32,000 bases of DNA from an uncultured Planctomycetia bacterium (GCA_964536865.1 CAZHYN010000008.1:26118-58117); one strand, 5' to 3'; counted from the stretch's first letter, positions 19,983 to 29,689 are shown. Notes: generated from the sequence alone by a model not told the origin. Numbers and translations are program-made.

Positions 19983-20704
19983 TACATCTGAAAATCTTTT
20001 CCTAGATATATCTCTCTCGCCTTAGGATCATCTATAAGAACCTTTGATGACCCTGAGATTAGAATTTGCCCTTCATAGATAAGATAAGCTCTGTCCACAA
20101 TAGAAAGGGTTTCTCTTACATTATGATCAGTAAGAAGAATACCTATCCCTTTATTTTTTAAGTCCCTAATAATCTCTTTAGCCTCGTTAACCACAATAGG
20201 GTCTATTCCAGAAAATGGTTCATCTAAAAGAAGGAAGGAGGGATTGGTGACTAAACTCCGCGTAATCTCTAACCGGCGCATCTCTCCTCCACTTAAAGTG
20301 TAAGCCTTGCTTTTTCTCAGTTTTTCTATTTTTAACTCTTTAAGGAGAGCCTCTAACCTTGCCTCTCTCTCTTTACGAGAGAGAGGCAAGGTCTCTAAAA
20401 CTGCCATAATGTTTTCTTCTACAGTAAGCCCTCTAAATACCGATGGTTCTTGGGATAAGTAACCTATTCCAAACTTTGCCCTCTTGTGAATAGGTAAGTA
20501 AGTAATATCCCTATTATCAAAGAGGATTTTTCCCTCATCAGGAAAAGTTACCCCCACGATCATATAGAAACAGGTAGTCTTGCCAGCACCATTGGGTCCG
20601 AGGAGCCCTACTACTTCAGCCCTTCTAACATTCAAAGATATCCCATTTACTACCTTCCTGCCATTATAGGACTTAGTTAAATTGTAAACCTCTAAAATTT
20701 TCAT
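19982..20704 (-). CDS. lptB: LPS export ABC transporter ATP-binding protein
   Basis: 240 aa with Walker A GPNGAGKTT, signature LSGGEMRRLEI and Walker B LLLDEP. It lies next to an OstA/LptC-like gene. Confidence 0.88.
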   Translation of the reverse strand: MKILEVYNLTKSYNGRKVVNGISLNVRRAEVVGLLGPNGAGKTTCFYMIVGVTFPDEGKILFDNRDITYLPIHKRAKFGIGYLSQEPSVFRGLTVEENIMAVLETLPLSRKEREARLEALLKELKIEKLRKSKAYTLSGGEMRRLEITRSLVTNPSFLLLDEPFSGIDPIVVNEAKEIIRDLKNKGIGILLTDHNVRETLSIVDRAYLIYEGQILISGSSKVLIDDPKAREIYLGKDFQM

Positions 20705-20712
20705 AGAGAAAA

Positions 20713-21510
20713 TTAATCCTTCTTAGAAAGCTTTTGAGGAAAGAAAATTAAACGAGGTCTTCCCTCAAGAACTATTTTTCTCTCTTTATTTAAGTAAGTA
20801 GCTTTCTGAGCAAAAGTAACGCTATTATCTCTATATATTTTCACGTTTCCCTCGGCAACAATCTTCTCTATACTTTTGTTATTTCTAACAAAGTATACGG
20901 TTGCTCGATCAGCAATCATCCTTCCTTCCTCTGAGTTCACTACTACTTGACTCTTAAATATCGCTTCTCCCTTATGCCAGTCAATCTCTAACGGTCCTTT
21001 ACAATCTACAGTAATCATCTGAGGTGTATTTTCTTTAGAAAATTGAATCTTTACATTTTTTTTAAAATCTACTTTCTCTAACGAAGTGTTAGCTTCCATT
21101 CCTTGAGCTTCTACTCTCATCTTATCCTTAGTTAAAACTACTTTATCTTGAGTATCTATAAGATTAGTTTTTTTTACCCAAGTCAAACTATTAGTAAAAA
21201 GAGAAAATCCATCACTACTCTTTATTTTAACGTTATTCTCAAGATAAGTGCACATCCTTTCTTTATCCAGCTTCCCTCTATCAGCCTTTATGTTAACCAT
21301 TCTATCCTTAAGAAAATAGTTTGCTTCCATATCAAAAATTTCTACTAAATTTTGGTATACTTTTGCCTCTCTTCCCTTTAATTCCCAATCTTTTGTTCCA
21401 TTACTCTTAAAATTAGAAAGGTAAAATCCTCTAATTTTCTGCTGCGAGAAAACAAATTCCTCTATCCCTAAAAGAAACAGAAGTAAAAAAACCAAACTCC
21501 TTAAAGCCAT
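20713..21510 (-). CDS. LptC/LptA (OstA-like) family LPS-transport protein with N-terminal anchor or signal
   Basis: 265 aa. After the hydrophobic N-terminus, the first half resembles LptC and the last ~90 aa resemble the LptA/OstA_N repeat (ADRATVYF...AEGNVKIYRDNSVTFAQKATYLNKERKIVLEG). Confidence 0.65.
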   Translation of the reverse strand: MALRSLVFLLLFLLGIEEFVFSQQKIRGFYLSNFKSNGTKDWELKGREAKVYQNLVEIFDMEANYFLKDRMVNIKADRGKLDKERMCTYLENNVKIKSSDGFSLFTNSLTWVKKTNLIDTQDKVVLTKDKMRVEAQGMEANTSLEKVDFKKNVKIQFSKENTPQMITVDCKGPLEIDWHKGEAIFKSQVVVNSEEGRMIADRATVYFVRNNKSIEKIVAEGNVKIYRDNSVTFAQKATYLNKERKIVLEGRPRLIFFPQKLSKKD

Positions 21511-21545
21511 AACACTATACCAGAGTGTAAAATAATGTCAATCCT

Positions 21546-22619
21546 CTATTTGATAGCGAGCTTCTGGTAAATACGGTTATGCATATCTATTTCTTTGAAA
21601 ATTAATCTTGCCTCAAAAACTAAAGTTTCTGATTTACCGATTATTAGATAACCCCCTTCCTTAAGAGAACGATAAAACTTATCTACAATTTGCTCTTGTA
21701 AAGCCTTAGTAAAATAGATAAATACATTCCTACAGGTTATTATATCAACATCTTCAAGATAAGGGGAACCTATCAAATCTAAATAACGAAATTCTACCAT
21801 CTTCTTTATTATTGGTTTTATATAATATTTATCTCCTTTTATCACAAAATACTTCTCCAGAAACTCTCTCTTTACATTCTTAGTTCGTATATAATCATAG
21901 GTACCCTCCTCTGCTTCCTTTAAGCAATCTCGATCGATATCGGTAGCATAAATTTTAAAAGGAACACCCTCCTTGTTTATTTCTCTCATCATTATCGCTA
22001 AAGAATAAGCTTCTTCTCCTTTAGCACAGCCAGCACTCCATAAATTTAAAGAAACGCCCTTATCTTTATAAGAAGCTATTAACTCCTTCAAGAGTCTTTC
22101 AATAGATATCCATACAGAATAATCTCTAAAAAACTCAGAAACATTTATGGTAAGGACTTCAAATAACTTCTCATACTCTTTAGGATCAGTAGCTAAAACA
22201 TGAAGATATTCGCTATAAGATTTTGATTTTGTCGCTGAAACTCTTAAGGCAATTCTTCTCTTTAGGATACCTCGATGATATAAACTAAAGTCTACTCCTC
22301 GGTCTTGCTTTATCTTATTAAGGAGATTATCAAACTCTCTTTCTCTATCGTAGTCAGAAGGATGAGGAAGATTTTTACTTACCTTCTCTATCGCCTCATT
22401 AATCGCACCGAATATCTCTTTAGAATACTTCTTTATTAATTCTCTCTCGATTTCCTGATAAGAAGGGCTGGCATCATCAGCATAGACAGGAGGAAATTTA
22501 TTTACAAGATAACTCAACATTGCTTTCTTACATTTTTCACATGTACAGATATCAAATTTTAGATTAAGATGTCTATCTAAGAAGTATTTTAAAAGTCCTT
22601 CCAAGATATTTTTTTTCAT
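21546..22619 (-). CDS. ComFB-domain / CheR-type protein-glutamate methyltransferase fusion
   Basis: 357 aa. The N-terminal ~60 aa have the ComFB pattern (DICTCEKCKKAMLSYLVNKFPPVY). These are followed by a CheR N-domain (VDFSLYHRGILKRRIALRV) and a SAM-binding domain (LWSAGCAKGEEAYSLAIMM, ITCRNVFIYF). Confidence 0.8.
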   Translation of the reverse strand: MKKNILEGLLKYFLDRHLNLKFDICTCEKCKKAMLSYLVNKFPPVYADDASPSYQEIERELIKKYSKEIFGAINEAIEKVSKNLPHPSDYDREREFDNLLNKIKQDRGVDFSLYHRGILKRRIALRVSATKSKSYSEYLHVLATDPKEYEKLFEVLTINVSEFFRDYSVWISIERLLKELIASYKDKGVSLNLWSAGCAKGEEAYSLAIMMREINKEGVPFKIYATDIDRDCLKEAEEGTYDYIRTKNVKREFLEKYFVIKGDKYYIKPIIKKMVEFRYLDLIGSPYLEDVDIITCRNVFIYFTKALQEQIVDKFYRSLKEGGYLIIGKSETLVFEARLIFKEIDMHNRIYQKLAIK

Positions 22620-22629
22620 CTCTTAAAAA

Positions 22630-23721
22630 TCACTTCTGCCAAATACCTTCTATATTCTCTCCACAAAATTTGCATCTTCCCTCTTTAGTAATATTATTTT
22701 CTAGAATAGAATAACCCACACGATGAATAATTATTTTACCACATTTAGGACAGTATGTTGATTCCTCTTTTATTCCTGGCACATTTCCAATATAGACATA
22801 TTTTAATCCTACTTTTTTAGCAATTTGATAAGCATTTTTCAAAGTAGTAATGGGTGTAGGAGGTAAATTTTTTAGTTTAAACATAGGGTAGAAACGAGTA
22901 AAATGTAAAGGCACATCATCCCCTAAATTTTCTTTAATCCAAACACACGTCTTTTTTATCATCTGAGGAGAATCATTAAGTGTAGGAATAATCAGATTGG
23001 TTATTTCAAGATGCACGCCTGCTTTTTTTATTGTTTTAAGCGTTTCTAAAATTGGCGAAAGATGTGCACCATAACCAATTTTATTGTAAAACTCTTCAGA
23101 AAAAGCTTTTAAATCTACATTAACAAAATCCATATATTTTAAAAGTTCTTCTAAGGGTTTTTTATTTATATATCCACAGGTATGCATTCCCACAAAAAGA
23201 CCTTCTTTTTTGGCTAATTTAGCGGTCTCAAGCATAAATTCATAAGATATTGTAGGTTCTGTATAAGTAAAAACGATTGAGGGGCAGTTATATTTTTTTG
23301 CCAATTTTATTAAATCTTTGCTGGTTAAATAATAATTCTCTGTTTCATCAGGAGCTTTCTGAGAGATATGCCAGTTCTGGCAAAAAATACAGCGCATATT
23401 GCATCCCGAAAATGCTATAGATAAAGCTTTGCTACCTGGAAGAACATGAAAGAAAGGCTTTTTCTCAATGGGATCCACAGCAACGGCAACAGGATTATTA
23501 TAAGCAAGAGTGTAGAGAATGCCACCTTTATTTATACGCACTCTACAAAAACCTCTGTGATCAGGTAAAATAAGGCATTTTCTAGGGCAAAGAAGACATT
23601 GCACACTTCCATTACTTCTTTCTTCCCAAAATAAAGCTTTTTTGGTCTGAGAAAATACGTTAGAAAAAATTAAAACCGCCTCAATTAAGAAAAAAGAAAT
23701 CAATAAAAAATTCTTCTTCAT
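22630..23721 (-). CDS. AmmeMemoRadiSam-system-type radical SAM enzyme with an N-terminal hydrophobic anchor or signal
   Basis: 363 aa. VQCLLCPRKCLILPDHRGFCRVRINKGG...DPIEKKPFFHVLPGS...GCNMRCIFCQNWHISQ plus the C-terminal zinc ribbon CPKCG...CKFCG match that family as I remember it. The first ~25 aa (MKKNFLLISFFLIEAVLIFSNVFSQ) are signal/TM-like. A TAATG overlap joins it to the upstream gene. Confidence 0.8.
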   Translation of the reverse strand: MKKNFLLISFFLIEAVLIFSNVFSQTKKALFWEERSNGSVQCLLCPRKCLILPDHRGFCRVRINKGGILYTLAYNNPVAVAVDPIEKKPFFHVLPGSKALSIAFSGCNMRCIFCQNWHISQKAPDETENYYLTSKDLIKLAKKYNCPSIVFTYTEPTISYEFMLETAKLAKKEGLFVGMHTCGYINKKPLEELLKYMDFVNVDLKAFSEEFYNKIGYGAHLSPILETLKTIKKAGVHLEITNLIIPTLNDSPQMIKKTCVWIKENLGDDVPLHFTRFYPMFKLKNLPPTPITTLKNAYQIAKKVGLKYVYIGNVPGIKEESTYCPKCGKIIIHRVGYSILENNITKEGRCKFCGENIEGIWQK

Positions 23722-26033
23722 TATTTAGATTTTAAAGCCAAGAATAAAAAAATTGCTGTGGCGATTAGCAAGACTCCTATAAAATTACAAGACTTAATTA
23801 TACCATACAAAGGAAAAAATACTATAGAAATACTTATCCCACCTAAAGAACCCCCTGCTAAATCCAATCCATAAAGAATGCCTGCCCTAGAATAGGATTC
23901 TCTATTCTTAGAATACATTTGATTTACCAGGGAAAAGAAAGAACCTCCTAAGAAACCAAAAGAAAAAGGAAAAGTAAAGAAGAAAAACTGATAATTCAAG
24001 GAGGGGAAACAGGAGAAAAACTTTAAAATTAAAGGGGTAAATACAAAAAAAACTCCACAAACAAAACATATACTCACTAAGGAAACAGAAACTACCTTTT
24101 CTTTCTTAAGAAAAGAAAAGAAATTAGCACCCAGAGCTAATCCTAACATAAATAATGCAGTGATTAATCCTACTTTATGGTAAACATAACCATAAATTAT
24201 CTGAAACCCTACTATAAAGATAAATACACTTGAAAGCCCCCCAAACCCTATATTGAACATAGCTAAAGCAAACAACCAATTTCTTCTAAAAAAATAAAAT
24301 ACAAACATTAAGACTAACCAAAAAATCAAATAGAAAGAGAAATTTATCTTTGATAAAGAAGAAAATAATTTATCCCACCAAGATCCAAAATGAGAAGTAA
24401 AATAACTTATCCCATAAAAGTAGGCAATTGGTTCAAAATCATAATTTATCTTTACCTGCTTATGATGAGTCAATATATCCTTTATATAATTTAAGTGCCA
24501 AGGGATCAATCTACTAAAGATATAGTACTCATTGAAGTATCGAGCAGAGATATTCATCTTTTCAAAACGGGATGATAGCGTCTCAGGAGAATCTATCAGA
24601 GGAGAATCACTAACTATAAATCTTGCTTTTTCACCAGGAATTATAATGATATTGGAAAACACCTTCTTCAAAGTGTGATATAGACATCCCTGTAAGTCTC
24701 TTAATTCCTTAGAAAGATAACTTTCTTTGGATGGCAAAGAAAAAGAAAATACTCCTCCAGGATTAAGAAGAAACTTAATTCTCTTGAAAAATTCCCAAGT
24801 ATAAAATCTATTTAAATAGAGAGTAAGAGGTAGGGGTGTATTAAGAAGAATGACATCGAATTTCTTTCCTCTATAGAGATTTAAAAAATTTCTCACTTCA
24901 CGATTAATAACCTTAACTCTGGGAGAGTTTAAAGCCGCTTTATCCTGAAAAGGTAAATATTTCTTCACCAGCTCTATTAATTTAGGGTCTAATTCCAGAT
25001 AGTAAACTTCTTCTACAGGATACTTAAGGATTTCGTATAATATCCCACTAACTCCTCCTCCTATAACCATAACTCTTCTAATATCTTTCTTTTGAAGAAA
25101 AGTAAAGTGAACTATTTCTTCTGAATGAATCCTTAAAGGGAAGGTAGAACTTAAAATCCCATTTTCAAATAGACTGTAAAGAGAATCGCTTTTAGTAAGA
25201 ATAAGATCTGCATATACAGAAGATGCTTTATCTACTACATAAAAACCTTTCCATTCTCTACTGAGAAGAAATCTCTCGATCTTATTGGCTTTTAAACCAA
25301 TTATTAAGAAAAGGATAATCAGAATAAAACTTATCATCCTCACTCCATACGTCAAGTATTTTCTTTTTTTAAAAAGGAACGTTTTCGGAGAATCTTTATC
25401 TAAGTCTATAGATCCAACTTTATTTTGAAAGGAAGTAGCCTTAGCTTCTGTCTTCTCTCTCATAAGAAGAGAAAAAATTAAAACAATTAAAATCAGAGCG
25501 AAACTTACAAAATATAAATTTTTAAAAGCGGAAAACAAATAAACGAATAAAAAAGAAAAGGTCAGACCACCTAACATATCTCCTAGTGCGTCACACGCAT
25601 AAATCTTACCTACACTGTTGTCTCTTTTAATTGCAGAATAAAGTCTTATACTGAAAGGAAAAAGAAATCCATTAACTAAGGAAAAGGGGGCTAGTATAAG
25701 TAAAGAAGATGAAAACATCATTTTAGGAGAAACAATTTCTCCCGGATACAATCTTAAAAATATACGTAAGTTTCTTATTAAAAAAATCTCTACCAGACCA
25801 AGTAAAGAAAAAAACTCAAGCAAGAGAAAAAATAGAAAGAAATTTTCTTTTATTTTTGAAGAAAAATGTGTAAACAGAAAACTACCTATACCTCCAAAAA
25901 AAAGCCAACTCGAGAGTAGGACTCCTGCAGAAAGCTCATTACCGTAGAAAGTTATGAGAAGTTCTCTTAGAAATACACTCTGAGAGAATACCGAAAAAAA
26001 ACCAATAAATATTACCAGAAAGAGGAAAAACAT
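23721..26033 (-). CDS. fused MFS-like membrane domain / spermidine-synthase-like protein
   Basis: 770 aa with many TM helices at both ends. The central Rossmann methyl/aminopropyl-transferase-like domain reads VMVIGGGVSGILYEIL...YYLELDPKLIEL...FDVILLNTP...LNPGGVFSF. Confidence 0.8.
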   Translation of the reverse strand: MFFLFLVIFIGFFSVFSQSVFLRELLITFYGNELSAGVLLSSWLFFGGIGSFLFTHFSSKIKENFFLFFLLLEFFSLLGLVEIFLIRNLRIFLRLYPGEIVSPKMMFSSSLLILAPFSLVNGFLFPFSIRLYSAIKRDNSVGKIYACDALGDMLGGLTFSFLFVYLFSAFKNLYFVSFALILIVLIFSLLMREKTEAKATSFQNKVGSIDLDKDSPKTFLFKKRKYLTYGVRMISFILIILFLIIGLKANKIERFLLSREWKGFYVVDKASSVYADLILTKSDSLYSLFENGILSSTFPLRIHSEEIVHFTFLQKKDIRRVMVIGGGVSGILYEILKYPVEEVYYLELDPKLIELVKKYLPFQDKAALNSPRVKVINREVRNFLNLYRGKKFDVILLNTPLPLTLYLNRFYTWEFFKRIKFLLNPGGVFSFSLPSKESYLSKELRDLQGCLYHTLKKVFSNIIIIPGEKARFIVSDSPLIDSPETLSSRFEKMNISARYFNEYYIFSRLIPWHLNYIKDILTHHKQVKINYDFEPIAYFYGISYFTSHFGSWWDKLFSSLSKINFSFYLIFWLVLMFVFYFFRRNWLFALAMFNIGFGGLSSVFIFIVGFQIIYGYVYHKVGLITALFMLGLALGANFFSFLKKEKVVSVSLVSICFVCGVFFVFTPLILKFFSCFPSLNYQFFFFTFPFSFGFLGGSFFSLVNQMYSKNRESYSRAGILYGLDLAGGSLGGISISIVFFPLYGIIKSCNFIGVLLIATAIFLFLALKSK

Positions 26034-26073
26034 CTATACTAATAAATTAAACTAACTCAGCCTATCTAATTTA

Positions 26074-26661
26074 TCAATCGCTTTTGCTCTCTTTCAGAAA
26101 TGTATAAGTGATAAGTTCGAGCTTGATTTTTTGGCGGGGTAAAATATTTTTGTCTCGCTCAATCCATACACCATCTATAAGAACTGCTCGCTCCAAGTGA
26201 AAAATTTTTTTAACAAAAGATAAAAGATTTCTGTACTCGCCTTCAAAAGTAAGAGTAATTCCTAAAGAAACAACCTTTAAGTTATCTTTAGAGGACTTTT
26301 TCTTTAAACTATTTTCCACATCAAAAGGAGAACTCTTCGGCTTATCCTGACAGTAAATCTCTACATTCTCTAAGTTCTCTTCTTCAGCGATTAGAGCCAA
26401 GTCTTTAATCAATCCCAGAGGTTTTATCTCATTAATAGGAATTACCTTCTCCATCTTAGCCATTTCCTTCTGAAGCTTAGCAATTTCCTTCTTTAACTTA
26501 TTCAAATTTTTCTCCATCTTCCTCGCTTGAGAAATCTTTTTCTCTATTCCTTTTATCTCTTTTTTAAGAAAGATATTTATTCTTAAAGAAACGAAAAAAA
26601 GTATCAGGATGCAAACAAAAAGAGAAATTAAAATGGTAATGATTACTTTAAATCCTTTCAT
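26074..26661 (-). CDS. PilO/GspM-like pilus assembly protein
   Basis: 195 aa with an N-terminal TM helix, a coiled coil (KKEIAKLQKEMAKMEK) and a C-terminal ferredoxin-like segment (ITLTFEGEYRNLLSFVKKIFHLERAVLI). It sits directly after pilM/N. Confidence 0.6.
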   Translation of the reverse strand: MKGFKVIITILISLFVCILILFFVSLRINIFLKKEIKGIEKKISQARKMEKNLNKLKKEIAKLQKEMAKMEKVIPINEIKPLGLIKDLALIAEEENLENVEIYCQDKPKSSPFDVENSLKKKSSKDNLKVVSLGITLTFEGEYRNLLSFVKKIFHLERAVLIDGVWIERDKNILPRQKIKLELITYTFLKESKSD

Positions 26662-26662
26662 T

Positions 26663-28453
26663 CTACTGATTCACTATCTCTGCCTCTAAACTAAAAAATC
26701 TCAACTTGGGTTCAGTCAAAATTATCTCTTTAGAACCTTCCCACTTAGGAGCGAGTTTCTCCAATTCAGGAGGAGTAAATTTTACATTAGTAAAAACACT
26801 CTCTTTTTCTAATTTCTCTTTAAAGAGGCCAGCTAAATCTATCGCCTCTTGGTATGTAGAAAAACAACCCCCTTTTATCTTTAATATATATCTTTTTAGT
26901 TCTTTTTCTTTTTTCTTTTTAGAAGAACGTCCCTTTCTACGAATTTGTATTCCAATCTCTTTTTTAGGAAATATGGAAAGTTGGGTTAAAAATATTTTTT
27001 GAGGAGTGATTAAGGAAATCTTTTCTAAAATGGAATAGATATCCAACCGCTCTCTCATTAACTCTTTAACCTTTAAGGCCCTCTCATCAATCACTTTTTT
27101 CCTTTTCTTTAATTCCTCTAAGGTTTTTACTGGGGCGGCGATTCTTTTCTTCTCTATTTTTAAGTTAGCGAGGTTTTTCCTCAGCACTTTATTGCTAATA
27201 GCGATATTAAGCCAGAGAAGGAATACAACACAGAAACTAATCAGAACCGAAGTAATAGCTGTTAATTCTTTCTTAATAATAATCTCTCGTTCTTTGATTT
27301 CTCGAGGAAGAAAGTTAACTGCTTCCTTTCTCCTCCTCAATATAGGAATACTTAAAGCTATACTGGCGGCATTAGTAAATAGAGGAGAGATTCTCTCTAT
27401 GTAGGAAAGTTGAAATTTATCTAACATTTCCATATCTTTAAGAGGAGAAAAAATTTCGCATCTCCCTCCCAAATTTTGACTCAAACAAGAAACCAACCCT
27501 TTAATCCCTGCACCCCCTCCTAAAAAGAAAATATCCTCTATTCTTTCTCTTCTCTGTTCACTGTAATAAACAAGAGTTCTCCTTATCTCCTGAGTAATCT
27601 TTTCAATCTCCGTCTGCCATAGCACTCTTAATTCTAGAAGATTAACCTCTTCTTGTGGCTTTCTTGCTAAGGAGGCCTCATATTTTTGGCGCATTATCTC
27701 TTCCGCTACTTTTACCCTATCATTGAGGTCCACATCTACTTCCGGTACGCCCTCTCTCATTATTAACTCCTCTCCGTTATGAAACTCCACATTTAAGGAA
27801 GAACTAATCTTTGAAGTAATATCTTTTAGACCAAATTTAACACTCCGGTAGATATAGAGAGAACCCTTCTCTAAAATGGTAAACTTGGTATATTCATATC
27901 CTATATCTACGAAAATAGTATTTTTTTGATGCACGTCGGAACTATGGGGAAAGCTATAGATGAGAGTGTAGCAACTAGGAGAAATTATTGAGGGATAAAC
28001 CCCCAAGGCATTAAAAATATCAAGAATATTCTCTACAAACTCACTTTCACCTTTCACTATTGCTACTTCACAGAATGATGTTTTCCCTTTAGAAAAGGTC
28101 CTTAAAGGAGTATATTGGAATATACTGTCAGGGCCAGGAGGGGGAACCATCTTCCTTTTTGCCTCTACTTTCACCGAAATCTCCAATTCTTTCCTACTCA
28201 TCTTAGGAAGCTCGGTAGTCATCACTGAGACTAAGAAAGAAGGAATATTGACTCCTACAAGGCTCTTCTTTAGAGTAGAAGGCGATATTTTTGAAGTAAT
28301 CTGTTTTAGAAAAATTTCTTTATCGATTTTTCCATATCTTTCTTTAAGATAAGGAGTGGGAAAGAAAAAAAAATTTGATAAACGGTTTTTCTTTTCTAAC
28401 TCTACAACCTTAACTGAACTAGTACCGATATCAATACCTATGAGGGGAAACAT
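26663..28453 (-). CDS. PilM (actin-like ATPase fold) - PilN fusion
   Basis: 596 aa. The N-terminus IGIDIGTSSVKVVELEKK is typical of PilM. An internal TM helix (ITSVLISFCVVFLLWLNIAI) is followed by a PilN-like periplasmic part. Confidence 0.75.
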   Translation of the reverse strand: MFPLIGIDIGTSSVKVVELEKKNRLSNFFFFPTPYLKERYGKIDKEIFLKQITSKISPSTLKKSLVGVNIPSFLVSVMTTELPKMSRKELEISVKVEAKRKMVPPPGPDSIFQYTPLRTFSKGKTSFCEVAIVKGESEFVENILDIFNALGVYPSIISPSCYTLIYSFPHSSDVHQKNTIFVDIGYEYTKFTILEKGSLYIYRSVKFGLKDITSKISSSLNVEFHNGEELIMREGVPEVDVDLNDRVKVAEEIMRQKYEASLARKPQEEVNLLELRVLWQTEIEKITQEIRRTLVYYSEQRRERIEDIFFLGGGAGIKGLVSCLSQNLGGRCEIFSPLKDMEMLDKFQLSYIERISPLFTNAASIALSIPILRRRKEAVNFLPREIKEREIIIKKELTAITSVLISFCVVFLLWLNIAISNKVLRKNLANLKIEKKRIAAPVKTLEELKKRKKVIDERALKVKELMRERLDIYSILEKISLITPQKIFLTQLSIFPKKEIGIQIRRKGRSSKKKKEKELKRYILKIKGGCFSTYQEAIDLAGLFKEKLEKESVFTNVKFTPPELEKLAPKWEGSKEIILTEPKLRFFSLEAEIVNQ

Positions 28454-28462
28454 CCTTAAAAA

Positions 28463-29671
28463 CTATCCTCCTACTGCCTGAATCATCTTAAACAATGGCA
28501 AAAACATAGAAAGAGCAATAAGACCTACTACTGCTCCCATAAATACAATCATCATTGGTTCAAAGAGAGCAAAAAGCCTTCTTATAGTAGAAGTAACTTC
28601 TTTATCATAAAAGTTAGATACCTTGGTTAAAGTTTGAGCTAAAGCTCCAGATTGCTCTCCTACAGCAATCATTCTTATCACCATAGGAGGAAACTCTCCT
28701 GTAGCTTCTAAAGCTGTGGCTAGCTTTTCTCCTACATTTACCGCATCCTTTGCTTGAGCTACAGCACGTTCTAACCGAAGATTTCCACAGGTTCCTTTGG
28801 CCACCTCCAAAGCAGTAAGTAAATCTATTCCCGCTTTGAACCCTAAACAAAAAGTATGAGCAAATCTAGATAATGCTATTTTTCTTAAAAGAATACCAAA
28901 AATAGGAATCTTCAATTTCAAACTATCGATAATATACTTACCTTTCTCCCTTTTATTAAAAAATTTATATCCTCCAAAGAAAAAACCTCCAATAATCAAA
29001 AAAATCCACCAAAACCTTCTTACTAAATGGCTTAACCCCAGAACAATTTGAGTAGGCAAGGGCAAAGCAGTACTTAACTGTTCAAATATAGGTTCAAATT
29101 TAGGAATTACAACTCCAGTAAGTAATGCTAAAACACCTATCATTACCACAAAAAGAATGATAGGATAAATAGACGCTTCTTTTATTTTACCTGTTAAATC
29201 CATCTGCCATTCTAAAACTCCTGCAAGCTCAGTAAGAACTTGAGATAGCTTACCTGTTGCTTCCCCAGCTCCTACAATAGCGGTATACAACTTGGAGAAA
29301 GTATGAGGGTAAATAGAAAGTGCATCCTGTAAAGAAGTGCCGCTCTCTACGCGAAGGCGAATATCAGAGATCACTCTTTTACTCCCCTCACTTTTTGCAT
29401 CTTTACTAAGATTATCCAGAGCTTGAAGAAGAGGTACCCCAGCATCAATGAGAGTAGCTAACTGAATAGTTATATCCAAAACCTCTTTAGAACTAAGCTT
29501 ACCAAAAGTACCTTTAGAAAGTCTTTCTCCTTCTCTTGAAAGTTTAAAATCAGTAAGAAAATACCCTAAATTAGAGACTTTGTTGGCTAAATCTACTTCA
29601 TCCAAGGCAGAGATTACTCCCTTAACTATTTTTCCTCGCTCATCTCTAGCAGTGTAGAAATATGATTGCAT
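28463..29671 (-). CDS. type II secretion system F / PilC platform protein
   Basis: 402 aa with two T2SSF-type repeats and three TM segments, the typical GspF/PilC length and pattern. Confidence 0.88.
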   Translation of the reverse strand: MQSYFYTARDERGKIVKGVISALDEVDLANKVSNLGYFLTDFKLSREGERLSKGTFGKLSSKEVLDITIQLATLIDAGVPLLQALDNLSKDAKSEGSKRVISDIRLRVESGTSLQDALSIYPHTFSKLYTAIVGAGEATGKLSQVLTELAGVLEWQMDLTGKIKEASIYPIILFVVMIGVLALLTGVVIPKFEPIFEQLSTALPLPTQIVLGLSHLVRRFWWIFLIIGGFFFGGYKFFNKREKGKYIIDSLKLKIPIFGILLRKIALSRFAHTFCLGFKAGIDLLTALEVAKGTCGNLRLERAVAQAKDAVNVGEKLATALEATGEFPPMVIRMIAVGEQSGALAQTLTKVSNFYDKEVTSTIRRLFALFEPMMIVFMGAVVGLIALSMFLPLFKMIQAVGG

Positions 29672-29689
29672 TTTATCTTTTACTGATGA

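Noticed and set aside
28365-28373. A9/T9 homopolymer in the 5' part of pilM-N (encoding FFFF), considered as a slipped-strand phase-variation switch.
   Set aside because: Similar 8-9-nt A/T runs occur in ordinary genes of this AT-rich sequence, for example in the radical SAM gene near 1213-1222. The tract is therefore not distinctive without population data.
28614-28850. 78-aa same-strand alternative-frame ORF inside pilC/gspF (Cys/Arg/Ser-rich).
   Set aside because: Its composition is typical of an out-of-frame read-through of a slightly GC-richer stretch. There is no RBS, and it is fully contained in a conserved T2SSF domain.
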